DNA of 25,009 nt from a virus. Its lineage: Duplodnaviria; Caudoviricetes. Shown piece after piece: positions 6,740-13,244 of the stretch. How positions within the stretch are numbered: position 1 is the first letter of the stretch; each line of letters begins with the position of its first letter. The position numbers and the translations under genes were made by a program. Below the pieces are notes generated by a model. It was not told the origin of the DNA. It searched no databases and saw nothing but the letters and a program-made list of their open reading frames with translations. The stretch lies in IMG/VR virus record IMGVR_UViG_3300038336_000023, positions 1 to 25,009 of that record; one strand, given 5' to 3'.

Positions 6740-7215
6740 TAAACAGTTGGCTAACAACTTTAACTTATCTAATATGGGTTAAAACAAGTAGTAATATTAA
6801 ATTATCAAAAGGTAAATTGATAATAATTTTTCTTTCATTATCGATTACTCATGCTATATTGAAAACAATAATTCCCGGTATAGCTTTTATATTTTTAATA
6901 TTATTATTTATTTTAATTTCAGTCGCTTCATATAAATTAACAATACTTAAAACTTTAAAAAGCATTTTAAAATTAATGGGCATAATGCTAGTATCTGAAG
7001 TGGTTTTGCATGTTATTGCATTTAAGATTCTAGTCATGCAGGGGAATATTGATAGTGATATAATATTAATAATATCTGGCGTTTTAAACTTATTATTAGT
7101 TTTGATAATTAAAAGAAAGGAGCTGTTAAAAATGGGATTTTTCATATTTGGCGAACCTCAAACAAACACAAAGAAACCTGAAAAGCCAGAAACCGCTACT
7201 AACACCGAGAAGTAA
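6694..7215 (+). CDS. Multi-pass membrane protein (AgrC-sensor-domain-like) with in-frame AgrD-like C-terminus
   Basis: AAGGAGTGA RBS plus TTG; about 4-5 TM helices; no kinase domain. Confidence 0.6.
   Translation: MSWQTVLQESARIWLVNSWLTTLTYLIWVKTSSNIKLSKGKLIIIFLSLSITHAILKTIIPGIAFIFLILLFILISVASYKLTILKTLKSILKLMGIMLVSEVVLHVIAFKILVMQGNIDSDIILIISGVLNLLLVLIIKRKELLKMGFFIFGEPQTNTKKPEKPETATNTEK
7132..7215 (+). CDS. Nested AgrD-like peptide MGFFIFGEPQTNTKKPEKPETATNTEK
   Basis: Internal SD AAAGGAG (7116-7122) 9 nt before ATG; hydrophobic pentamer plus GEP plus charged tail, like clostridial AgrD C-x4-(H/Y/G)(Q/E)P; upstream of the agrB-like gene. Confidence 0.55.
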   Translation: MGFFIFGEPQTNTKKPEKPETATNTEK

Positions 7216-7224
7216 AGTCAACAA

Positions 7225-7255
7225 GATAGGGGCCGTTTCATAGCGGTCCTTTATC
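7225..7255 (+). terminator. Intra-operon stem-loop after the peptide ORF
   Basis: GATAGGGGCCGT...GCGGTCCTTTATC imperfect hairpin with a weak U tract. Confidence 0.55.
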
Positions 7256-7277
7256 ATATCCAAGAAAGGAATAAGTA

Positions 7278-7640
7278 TTGTACGATACAATTTCCAACTG
7301 GATGCTTATAAAATTAATAAAGGTTAAATATGAAAATTATGATAAATATGATTTTTTAATAAGAGAGATTCTGTGCGAAGGCATTACGGCCATTCTTTGT
7401 ACAGTTATAGCCCTTACGATGGGTACTGTAATCGAAACAATCACGGCAGCAGTAATAATCGTCATTATCGGACAGTTAACTCCACGTAAGCACGCTCACA
7501 GCCTTGAAAGGTGTACTATATACTCTACCTTCGCCATAAGCGGAATAGCCTACATTGCAGTATACTTGCAGAACTATATCACGGTAGCTCTGGCAATGGT
7601 ATTTGCCGGAATAATATCTTTAATATTTATTGAACATTAA
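7278..7640 (+). CDS. agrB: AgrB-like membrane cysteine protease (short, 120 aa)
   Basis: HAHSLERCTIYS matches the AgrB H-A-x-S-x3-C catalytic motif (His and Cys 7 apart, as in S. aureus H77/C84); several TM helices; AAAGGA RBS. Confidence 0.7.
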   Translation: MYDTISNWMLIKLIKVKYENYDKYDFLIREILCEGITAILCTVIALTMGTVIETITAAVIIVIIGQLTPRKHAHSLERCTIYSTFAISGIAYIAVYLQNYITVALAMVFAGIISLIFIEH

Positions 7641-7666
7641 AAATAAACAATCATTATAACAAATAC

Positions 7667-7706
7667 TGTCGAAGTTATTGCCACTTGTAGTATTAGTTTG
7701 TAAAAT
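7667..7706 (+). promoter_or_regulatory. Promoter with adjacent Spo0A box
   Basis: TGTCGAA (7667-7673) 4 nt upstream of TTGCCA-17-TAAAAT. Confidence 0.5.
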
Positions 7707-7746
7707 TATATTATATTAATAAGATTTATAATAAAGAAAGGGTGAT

Positions 7747-7968
7747 TTGCTTGAACATGAAATAAAAAAGGAGAAAGAGAAAATGAAAATTAATTTAGAT
7801 ATGGTCAGGCTGGCAAAAGGATTTACCCTGGATGACGTGTCAAAACAATGCAATATTCCGGTTAATATTATTGTGGAAGCAGAGAAAAATCCTGGCGAGG
7901 CCAAGATTAGTATTGTTAAAAAAATGTTACGACTGTATTCAGTCCCGGCAGATATTATATCGTGGTAA
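7747..7968 (+). CDS. XRE-family HTH protein
   Basis: LDMVRLAKGFTLDDVSKQCNIP...EKNPG...LRLYSVP; the start may be the downstream ATG (MKINLD). Confidence 0.8.
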   Translation: MLEHEIKKEKEKMKINLDMVRLAKGFTLDDVSKQCNIPVNIIVEAEKNPGEAKISIVKKMLRLYSVPADIISW

Positions 7969-7973
7969 TAAGT

Positions 7974-8003
7974 AAAAGCACCGTTAATGGTGCTTTATTT
8001 TTT
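7974..8003. terminator. Bidirectional terminator between convergent XRE genes
   Basis: AAAGCACC-GTTAAT-GGTGCTTT with A/T tracts on both sides. Confidence 0.7.
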
Positions 8004-8318
8004 TCTCATAGCTTTTATTAAGTTTTTTATTGTTTCCTTATCTCCGCTATCTAGTAATCTATATTCATCTTCGGTCAAAAGCGATTCTCTGTATTCACTT
8101 TCCCCGATTAACCAATCGAGGGATACGTTAAAAAATCTAGCAAGCTTATACGATGCTCTCATTCCCGGTTCGGATTTACCTTGCTCATATGCATGTATTA
8201 GAGATTTACCAGCGCCAATTACATTACCAATTTCTTCGAGAGACAAGCCTTTTTCTTTCCTTAATACCTTTAATCTTTCCCCAAAAATGTTATCACCTAA
8301 GCTATCTGACGTTTTCAT
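7995..8318 (-). CDS. CI-like XRE repressor (no S24 peptidase domain)
   Basis: FGERLKVLRKEKGLSLEE...YEQGKSEP...LARFFNVSLDWLIG; divergent from the cro-like gene. Confidence 0.88.
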   Translation of the reverse strand: MKTSDSLGDNIFGERLKVLRKEKGLSLEEIGNVIGAGKSLIHAYEQGKSEPGMRASYKLARFFNVSLDWLIGESEYRESLLTEDEYRLLDSGDKETIKNLIKAMRKK

Positions 8319-8357
8319 GCTCTACTCCTTTAAATTTGTAAATATAACTTATGATTA

Positions 8358-8386
8358 ATTATACTAATATATGCATAGCTTTTCAA
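8358..8386 (-). promoter_or_regulatory. Repressor promoter
   Basis: Minus strand TTGAAA-17-TATAAT. Confidence 0.75.
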
Positions 8387-8402
8387 TAGAATTTTAATAA
8401 AA

Positions 8403-8478
8403 AAGTTAAAAATATTTAACTTTATGCTTGCGTGTTAAAAGTAAATGTGCTAATGTAAAAGTATAAAATAGTGAACTT
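8403..8478. promoter_or_regulatory. Lytic promoter with two operator sites
   Basis: AAGTT-N10-AACTT at 8403-8422 and AAGTA-N10-AACTT at 8459-8478 flank TTGCGT-17-TAATGT (8428-8456). Confidence 0.65.
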
Positions 8479-8502
8479 TATAAAAAGGAGGATAGAGAAA
8501 TT

Positions 8503-8706
8503 TTGGACAAAGTAATTAACGCAGGCATCAAGGCTTTAAGGGCAGAGTACGGACTCTCGCAGGCTGACATGGCTAATATTATAGGATGCAGCCTGACAAC
8601 ATACCAATTTAAAGAGACTGGTAAATTGGTATTTAGCATTGATGATGCCAAGATAATTAAAAAACATTTTAAACTCGAAACAATTGAGCCAGTATTTTTT
8701 GATTAA
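8503..8706 (+). CDS. Cro-like XRE regulator
   Basis: IKALRAEYGLSQADMANIIGCSLTTYQFKETG; AAGGAGG RBS. Confidence 0.88.
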   Translation: MDKVINAGIKALRAEYGLSQADMANIIGCSLTTYQFKETGKLVFSIDDAKIIKKHFKLETIEPVFFD

Positions 8707-8721
8707 TTTTTTTTAACAAGA

Positions 8722-8741
8722 AAGTTCAAAATTTTGAACTT
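8722..8741. promoter_or_regulatory. Third operator (perfect 20-bp palindrome)
   Basis: AAGTTCAAAATTTTGAACTT between cro and rha. Confidence 0.7.
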
Positions 8742-8762
8742 ATAAGGAAGTGAGGTGATTCA

Positions 8763-9428
8763 ATGTCCAAGTTAATGCTTAACCCTGAATTCAATCTTTA
8801 TGAACGTAACGGACTGGCTTTCTGTAGTAGTCGGCAGGTGGCGGGGGAATTTAACAAGCAACACAAAAACGTTCTTCAATCAATTGACGCCATCACTGAC
8901 CCCACAAATGGGGCGAGTGAAGATTTTACTCGGCTTAATTTTCAGCCTAGTAGCTACTCGGATTCAAGTGGTAAAAAGAACCGCGAATACTTAATGACTA
9001 AAGATGGCTTTGCAATATTGACTATGGGCTTTACAGGAAAGAAAGCAATGAGGTTCAAAGAAGCCTACATCAATCGCTTCAACCAAATGGAATCTTTCAT
9101 CCGCAATCTGGCAGAAGCCAAAGCCGACTTCCCCGAATTCACCCAGGCGATTATGTTAACCCACGATGAACCAAAGCATTATCACTTTAGCTCAGAGTTA
9201 GACATGATTAACCGCATAGTAACCGGCATGTCGGCAAAGCAATTCAAGGAAGCTCACGGACTGGGCAAAGTCAACTCAATCAGACCATATTTGACACCAG
9301 GGCAGGCCGAAGCAGTCAAGGCACTCCAAAGGATTGACATAGGACTGATACACGCCATCCCAGGCTTCCAAGAACGAAAGCAAATTCTAACAGCACAGTA
9401 TAACCGCAGGCTGAGTATAGCCGGTTAA
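8763..9428 (+). CDS. Rha-family phage regulatory protein
   Basis: SSRQVAGEFNKQHKNVL...YLMTKDGFAILTMGFTGKKAMRFKEAYINRFNQME. Confidence 0.92.
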   Translation: MSKLMLNPEFNLYERNGLAFCSSRQVAGEFNKQHKNVLQSIDAITDPTNGASEDFTRLNFQPSSYSDSSGKKNREYLMTKDGFAILTMGFTGKKAMRFKEAYINRFNQMESFIRNLAEAKADFPEFTQAIMLTHDEPKHYHFSSELDMINRIVTGMSAKQFKEAHGLGKVNSIRPYLTPGQAEAVKALQRIDIGLIHAIPGFQERKQILTAQYNRRLSIAG

Positions 9429-9465
9429 TCCGGCTCCCTTGTACGGGTAGAAAGGAGGAAAATAG

Positions 9466-9651
9466 TTGAAAATTAAATATCTGCTTTGGCGACTATTTGC
9501 AAAGAAACGTAAGCAATGCCGTAGTTGTAAAAAGACTTTTTATGACCTCGAAAGAGGCACTAAGGAAGAAGAATTATTATTTGAAACTATTACTTATGGC
9601 TATATTGGCTGTCCGCATTGCCATACGGGCAATAGCTACATTCAAGTTTAG
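9466..9651 (+). CDS. Small zinc-finger protein
   Basis: CRSC...CPHC; AAAGGAGG RBS. Confidence 0.7.
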   Translation: MKIKYLLWRLFAKKRKQCRSCKKTFYDLERGTKEEELLFETITYGYIGCPHCHTGNSYIQV

Positions 9652-9665
9652 AAAGGAGAAAACAA

Positions 9666-9809
9666 ATGGAACCAATCGAAGTTTTTAAAAAACTCAGGGA
9701 TGTCAGCAATGAAATCGTTGAAGCATTGGAAACCGAGGACGCAGAAAAAACCGAGACAGCAATAGGAAAATTTATGTACTTAATGGTGCAAATTAATGCC
9801 TTGAAGTAA
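9666..9809 (+). CDS. Hypothetical protein (47 aa)
   Basis: Manual translation MEPIEVFKKLRDVSNEIVEALETED...; AAAGGAG RBS. Confidence 0.7.
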   Translation: MEPIEVFKKLRDVSNEIVEALETEDAEKTETAIGKFMYLMVQINALK

Positions 9810-9821
9810 AGGAGGAATTTA

Positions 9822-10172
9822 ATGTCAAGGGAGATTAAGTTTAGAGGCAAAGACTCAATAAAAGTTATTAATATTGACTCTAAGGATTATGACCAATACA
9901 CCGGTCTTAAAGATAAAAACGGTGTGGAGATTTATGAGGGGGATATTTTATCCGTAATAAATCCAAATGGCGAAGAAGATAATCTATGCATTGTTGAGTG
10001 GGATGAAGCCGGATGTTGTTATTCTTACGAACCTTGCGGTGGATATGGGGATTTTGACAAATCATCTATCGGATGGGCAATGGAGATGGAGTTTAAATTT
10101 ACGATTATCGGCAATGTTCACGAAAATACAGAACTTTTAAAGGAGGAATCCCATGAAAAACCTACTCCTTAA
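9822..10172 (+). CDS. YopX-family protein
   Basis: MSREIKFRG, QYTGLKDKNGVEIYEGDI, IIGNVHEN. Confidence 0.92.
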   Translation: MSREIKFRGKDSIKVINIDSKDYDQYTGLKDKNGVEIYEGDILSVINPNGEEDNLCIVEWDEAGCCYSYEPCGGYGDFDKSSIGWAMEMEFKFTIIGNVHENTELLKEESHEKPTP

Positions 10173-10281
10173 CTGGCCTTGGTTCAAACGCCAGGTCAAA
10201 GAATATCACGAACGCAAGCGGGCAGAAAGGTTCCGCAGCCGGTGGAGGTGGATACTCAAGGGAGGGATGGTGAGATTGTAA
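10153..10281 (+). CDS. Small basic protein (42 aa)
   Basis: Manual translation MKNLLLNWPWFKRQVKEYHERKR...; AAGGAGG RBS. Confidence 0.55.
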   Translation: MKNLLLNWPWFKRQVKEYHERKRAERFRSRWRWILKGGMVRL

Positions 10282-11045
10282 TATTAGTTGCAAGTTATGG
10301 CGTAGGCATAGATTCTACAGCGATGTTAGTGGAATTTGAAAAACGAGGTATAATTCCAGATTTAATTCTTTTTGCTGATACAGGAGCAGAACGATCCGAA
10401 ACTTATCAATACTTAGAGTATTTTAATAAATGGCTTTTGTCTCATAATATGCCAATTGTCGAAATCGTTAAATATGTTGATAAAAACGGGGAGGTTATGA
10501 CGCTAGAAAGAAATTGCTTAGAACAAAAAACATTACCCTCTTTAGCTTTTGGCTTTAAAACATGTTCCCAAAAATTCAAAAGTGCGCCACAAGAAAAATT
10601 TTGTAATCATTATAAGCCTTGTATTAAAACATGGGCCAAGGGAAGAAAAGTCATTAAGGCCATTGGATTTGATGCAGATGAAGAAAGAAGGGCCAAAAAA
10701 TATAGTGATAAAAAATATGTAAGTTGGTATCCAATGGTTGAATGGAACTATGGACGTTCGGATTGCGAACGCATTATCACAGAAGCAGGTCTTTTAATAC
10801 CAGGGAAAAGTAGTTGTTTCTTTTGCCCATCCATGAAAAAACATGAAATATTCGAATTGAAAAAAAATAATCCTGATTTGCTGAAACGAGCCTTAAAAAT
10901 AGAAGCAAATGCAAAAGCAACACTGAAAATAATACCTGGACTTGGCAGAAGTTACGCTTGGAAAGATTTAATCTCGGCAGAAGAAAGTCAAATAAAAATG
11001 TTTTGCGATGTGGTCGATCAGACTTGTGGATGTTATGACGGATAG
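10275..11045 (+). CDS. PAPS-reductase-like adenine nucleotide alpha-hydrolase (possible DNA modification)
   Basis: PP-loop SYGVGIDSTAM, FADTGAE, CSQKFK, IGFDADEERR, KSSCFFCP, terminal CGC. Probable non-canonical ATT start at 10275 behind GGAGG; the track start at 10179 has no RBS. Confidence 0.8.
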   Translation: MVILVASYGVGIDSTAMLVEFEKRGIIPDLILFADTGAERSETYQYLEYFNKWLLSHNMPIVEIVKYVDKNGEVMTLERNCLEQKTLPSLAFGFKTCSQKFKSAPQEKFCNHYKPCIKTWAKGRKVIKAIGFDADEERRAKKYSDKKYVSWYPMVEWNYGRSDCERIITEAGLLIPGKSSCFFCPSMKKHEIFELKKNNPDLLKRALKIEANAKATLKIIPGLGRSYAWKDLISAEESQIKMFCDVVDQTCGCYDG

Positions 11046-11265
11046 GGATGAGGATGGTGAGGCTGTGAGTAATGTCAAACAATTTACTAAAAAGAAAACC
11101 AACAAACTTAATCTTGATGCAACAGAAATAAAAGGTTTGGAATCCTGGGATTGGAACGATTTTAGAACTGCATGGCTGTTAATAGCTCAGCAGGCCGATG
11201 AAAACGCAGCATGGCAAGCAATATTCGATCTTTGGCAAGTTAGGGCGGGGGAGGTGAATAAGTGA
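11008..11265 (+). CDS. Hypothetical protein (true start probably further downstream)
   Basis: ORF coupled to the next gene by a GTGA overlap. Confidence 0.55.
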   Translation: MWSIRLVDVMTDRDEDGEAVSNVKQFTKKKTNKLNLDATEIKGLESWDWNDFRTAWLLIAQQADENAAWQAIFDLWQVRAGEVNK

Positions 11266-11807
11266 GCTGGTACGTCACACCAGAGCAGTATCAACAAGCC
11301 CAAGCAAACGGCATCAATCCCGAGCGACTTACTGAGCGTGTACGAAGGTTAGGCTGGCCCATAGAAAAGGCGATAACTCAACCTATCCAAGCCCAAAGGA
11401 CGCACGGCAGCTTATCCGAGTGGGTTAAAATTGCTGAACAAAACGGAATTTGTCGCAAGACATTTTATGACCGGATTAATCAAATGGGATGGACGGAAGA
11501 AAAAGCATCGACCCAACCAGTAAGTGACAGGAGGGAATTGTTGGCGAGGAATCGTGAAAAGCAACGCAAAATTCCTAAATGCTATCACGATTTGGCAAAG
11601 AAGAATGGGATTAAGCGAACTACTTTTATCAATCGAGTGAGGCAGCATGGTTGGTCTTTTGAAATGGCAGCTATAACGCCAGTTATAACGCGAAGCGAGG
11701 CTGGAAAGAAGGGAGGAATGGTCAATGCTGAGAAAACTTTTGCGGGCCGAAATCAAGAGTTTGAGCGAGGAAGAGTTTGCGTTAGTGCTGGATCTGGCGA
11801 AGGATGA
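11262..11807 (+). CDS. Phage DNA-binding protein with three tandem A-x2-NGI...R...GW-x2-E-x-A repeats
   Basis: Three internal repeats are visible in the translation; GGAGGTGA RBS. Confidence 0.75.
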   Translation: MSWYVTPEQYQQAQANGINPERLTERVRRLGWPIEKAITQPIQAQRTHGSLSEWVKIAEQNGICRKTFYDRINQMGWTEEKASTQPVSDRRELLARNREKQRKIPKCYHDLAKKNGIKRTTFINRVRQHGWSFEMAAITPVITRSEAGKKGGMVNAEKTFAGRNQEFERGRVCVSAGSGEG

Positions 11808-11919
11808 TATTCGGGTAAACCGTCTACTTACTAAAAAGCGAACAAGCATTAAATATCTGGTTTATGTGGCGAAAACAAGCATTGAAGCTTTGCAGAGGGG
11901 AATAAAAAAGACGGCATGA
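11725..11919 (+). CDS. Hypothetical protein
   Basis: GGGAGG RBS; overlaps the 3' end of the previous gene. Confidence 0.55.
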   Translation: MLRKLLRAEIKSLSEEEFALVLDLAKDDIRVNRLLTKKRTSIKYLVYVAKTSIEALQRGIKKTA

Positions 11920-11932
11920 AAGGAGGTCAAAA

Positions 11933-12589
11933 TTGTTAGAGCTTAATGGCTTTTACAATATGGATTGTATGGACGGGATGAAAGAATTTTCTGATAAATA
12001 TTTTGAGTTGGCTATTGTTGACCCTCCGTATGGGATAGGTAAGGACTGGAAAAAAAGAAACAATAACAGAGACAGATATATTGACACAACATACACAAAT
12101 AATTCAATTCCGGATGAGGAATATTTCAACGAATTGAAGAGGATAGCTAAAAATCAAATAATTTGGGGATGGAATTATTACACTGAGTATTTAGGCCCGA
12201 CAAATTACCTGATATTTTGGGACAAAGTAACAAATGGAAGTTTTTATAGCGAAGGAGAAATTGCATACACATCCTTCAGGCAACCATTAAAAATATTTAG
12301 GTATCCGTGGGATGGATACCGCATGGGAAAAGAAACAGGAACAAAAAAAATTCATCCACACCAAAAACCAATTGAACTTTACAAATGGTTGCTCGTCAAC
12401 TACGCAAAAAAGGGCGACAGAATCCTTGATACTCATGCCGGTTCTGCATCATCCCTTATAGCCTGCCACGAATTAGGTTTTGATTATGTCGGATTTGAAT
12501 TAGATAAAGACTATTTTGGCAAAGCAATATATCGCCTTGAAACGATAAAGGCACAAATGGATATATTCGATTTTGTTGAACGGCAATAA
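11933..12589 (+). CDS. DNA N6-adenine/N4-cytosine methyltransferase (beta class, orphan)
   Basis: DPPY, then HPHQKP, then ILDTHAGSAS SAM-binding motif. Confidence 0.93.
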   Translation: MLELNGFYNMDCMDGMKEFSDKYFELAIVDPPYGIGKDWKKRNNNRDRYIDTTYTNNSIPDEEYFNELKRIAKNQIIWGWNYYTEYLGPTNYLIFWDKVTNGSFYSEGEIAYTSFRQPLKIFRYPWDGYRMGKETGTKKIHPHQKPIELYKWLLVNYAKKGDRILDTHAGSASSLIACHELGFDYVGFELDKDYFGKAIYRLETIKAQMDIFDFVERQ

Positions 12590-12662
12590 AAAAAGCGACC
12601 TAAAAGACCGCTAAGGTTGTGAAACAATATCATTAATATTATAGCACAAAGGAGGGGTAAAC

Positions 12663-12908
12663 ATGCAACAACTCCTACCAACTTGCCTATGTGGGCGAAC
12701 GATGACCGATAAAGACAGATGCCCGGCCTGTGGACTCAATTGGGAGCATGACAAGGACGGACACCTGGCATATGGATTTAGGTCGTGGATATTTACTCCA
12801 TTAAAACTGAAACTTAATCATTATCAAAAATATATGAGGTGGAGGGATAGCGTATCAAGAATCCCAAAAATCCCACGCGGAAGCAAAAGGAACGGATCAA
12901 GGCGTTAG
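12663..12908 (+). CDS. Small zinc-finger protein
   Basis: CLCG...CPAC; AAGGAGG RBS. Confidence 0.65.
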   Translation: MQQLLPTCLCGRTMTDKDRCPACGLNWEHDKDGHLAYGFRSWIFTPLKLKLNHYQKYMRWRDSVSRIPKIPRGSKRNGSRR

Positions 12909-13045
12909 GGTTTAATTCGAAGGAATATTTGGTTAGTAAGGATTGTTCGGAAGTGTTCGAGATAGTGCATAAGGAAACAAGGGTGGTGAGAAGAATTGAA
13001 ACTTACACAGGTGCAGGTACAAATACAGGAAAAACCAGTGGGTAG
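12854..13045 (+). CDS. Small phage protein (DUF6906-like), ATC start
   Basis: Manual translation (M)KNPKNPTRKQKERIKALGFNSKEYLVSKD...EIVHKETRVVRRI; GGAGG RBS before ATC; missed by the ORF track. Confidence 0.6.
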   Translation: MKNPKNPTRKQKERIKALGFNSKEYLVSKDCSEVFEIVHKETRVVRRIETYTGAGTNTGKTSG

Positions 13046-13244
13046 GCCACGATCCGTTGACTATGCTGAAATGGAAAGGCTTTACAATCTTGTTTATACG
13101 GATGATGAAATTAAAAAGGTCCTTGGATGCTCGAAGAAAACTGTCATGGATTGGCGCAAGGCCGAAGAAGCCGCGCCAAATGCTGAGTTAAGAAGATGGA
13201 TGGAAAGACGAGGATTGATTAGGAGGGAAATAGTTGGATATTAA
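12996..13244 (+). CDS. Small HTH protein
   Basis: GRPRS arm then TDDEIKKVLGCSKKTVMDWR HTH. Confidence 0.7.
   Translation: MKLTQVQVQIQEKPVGRPRSVDYAEMERLYNLVYTDDEIKKVLGCSKKTVMDWRKAEEAAPNAELRRWMERRGLIRREIVGY

Noticed and set aside
2756-7990. Integrase or att site in the usual position
   Set aside because: No ORF of adequate size with tyrosine- or serine-recombinase motifs, and no host-gene junction.
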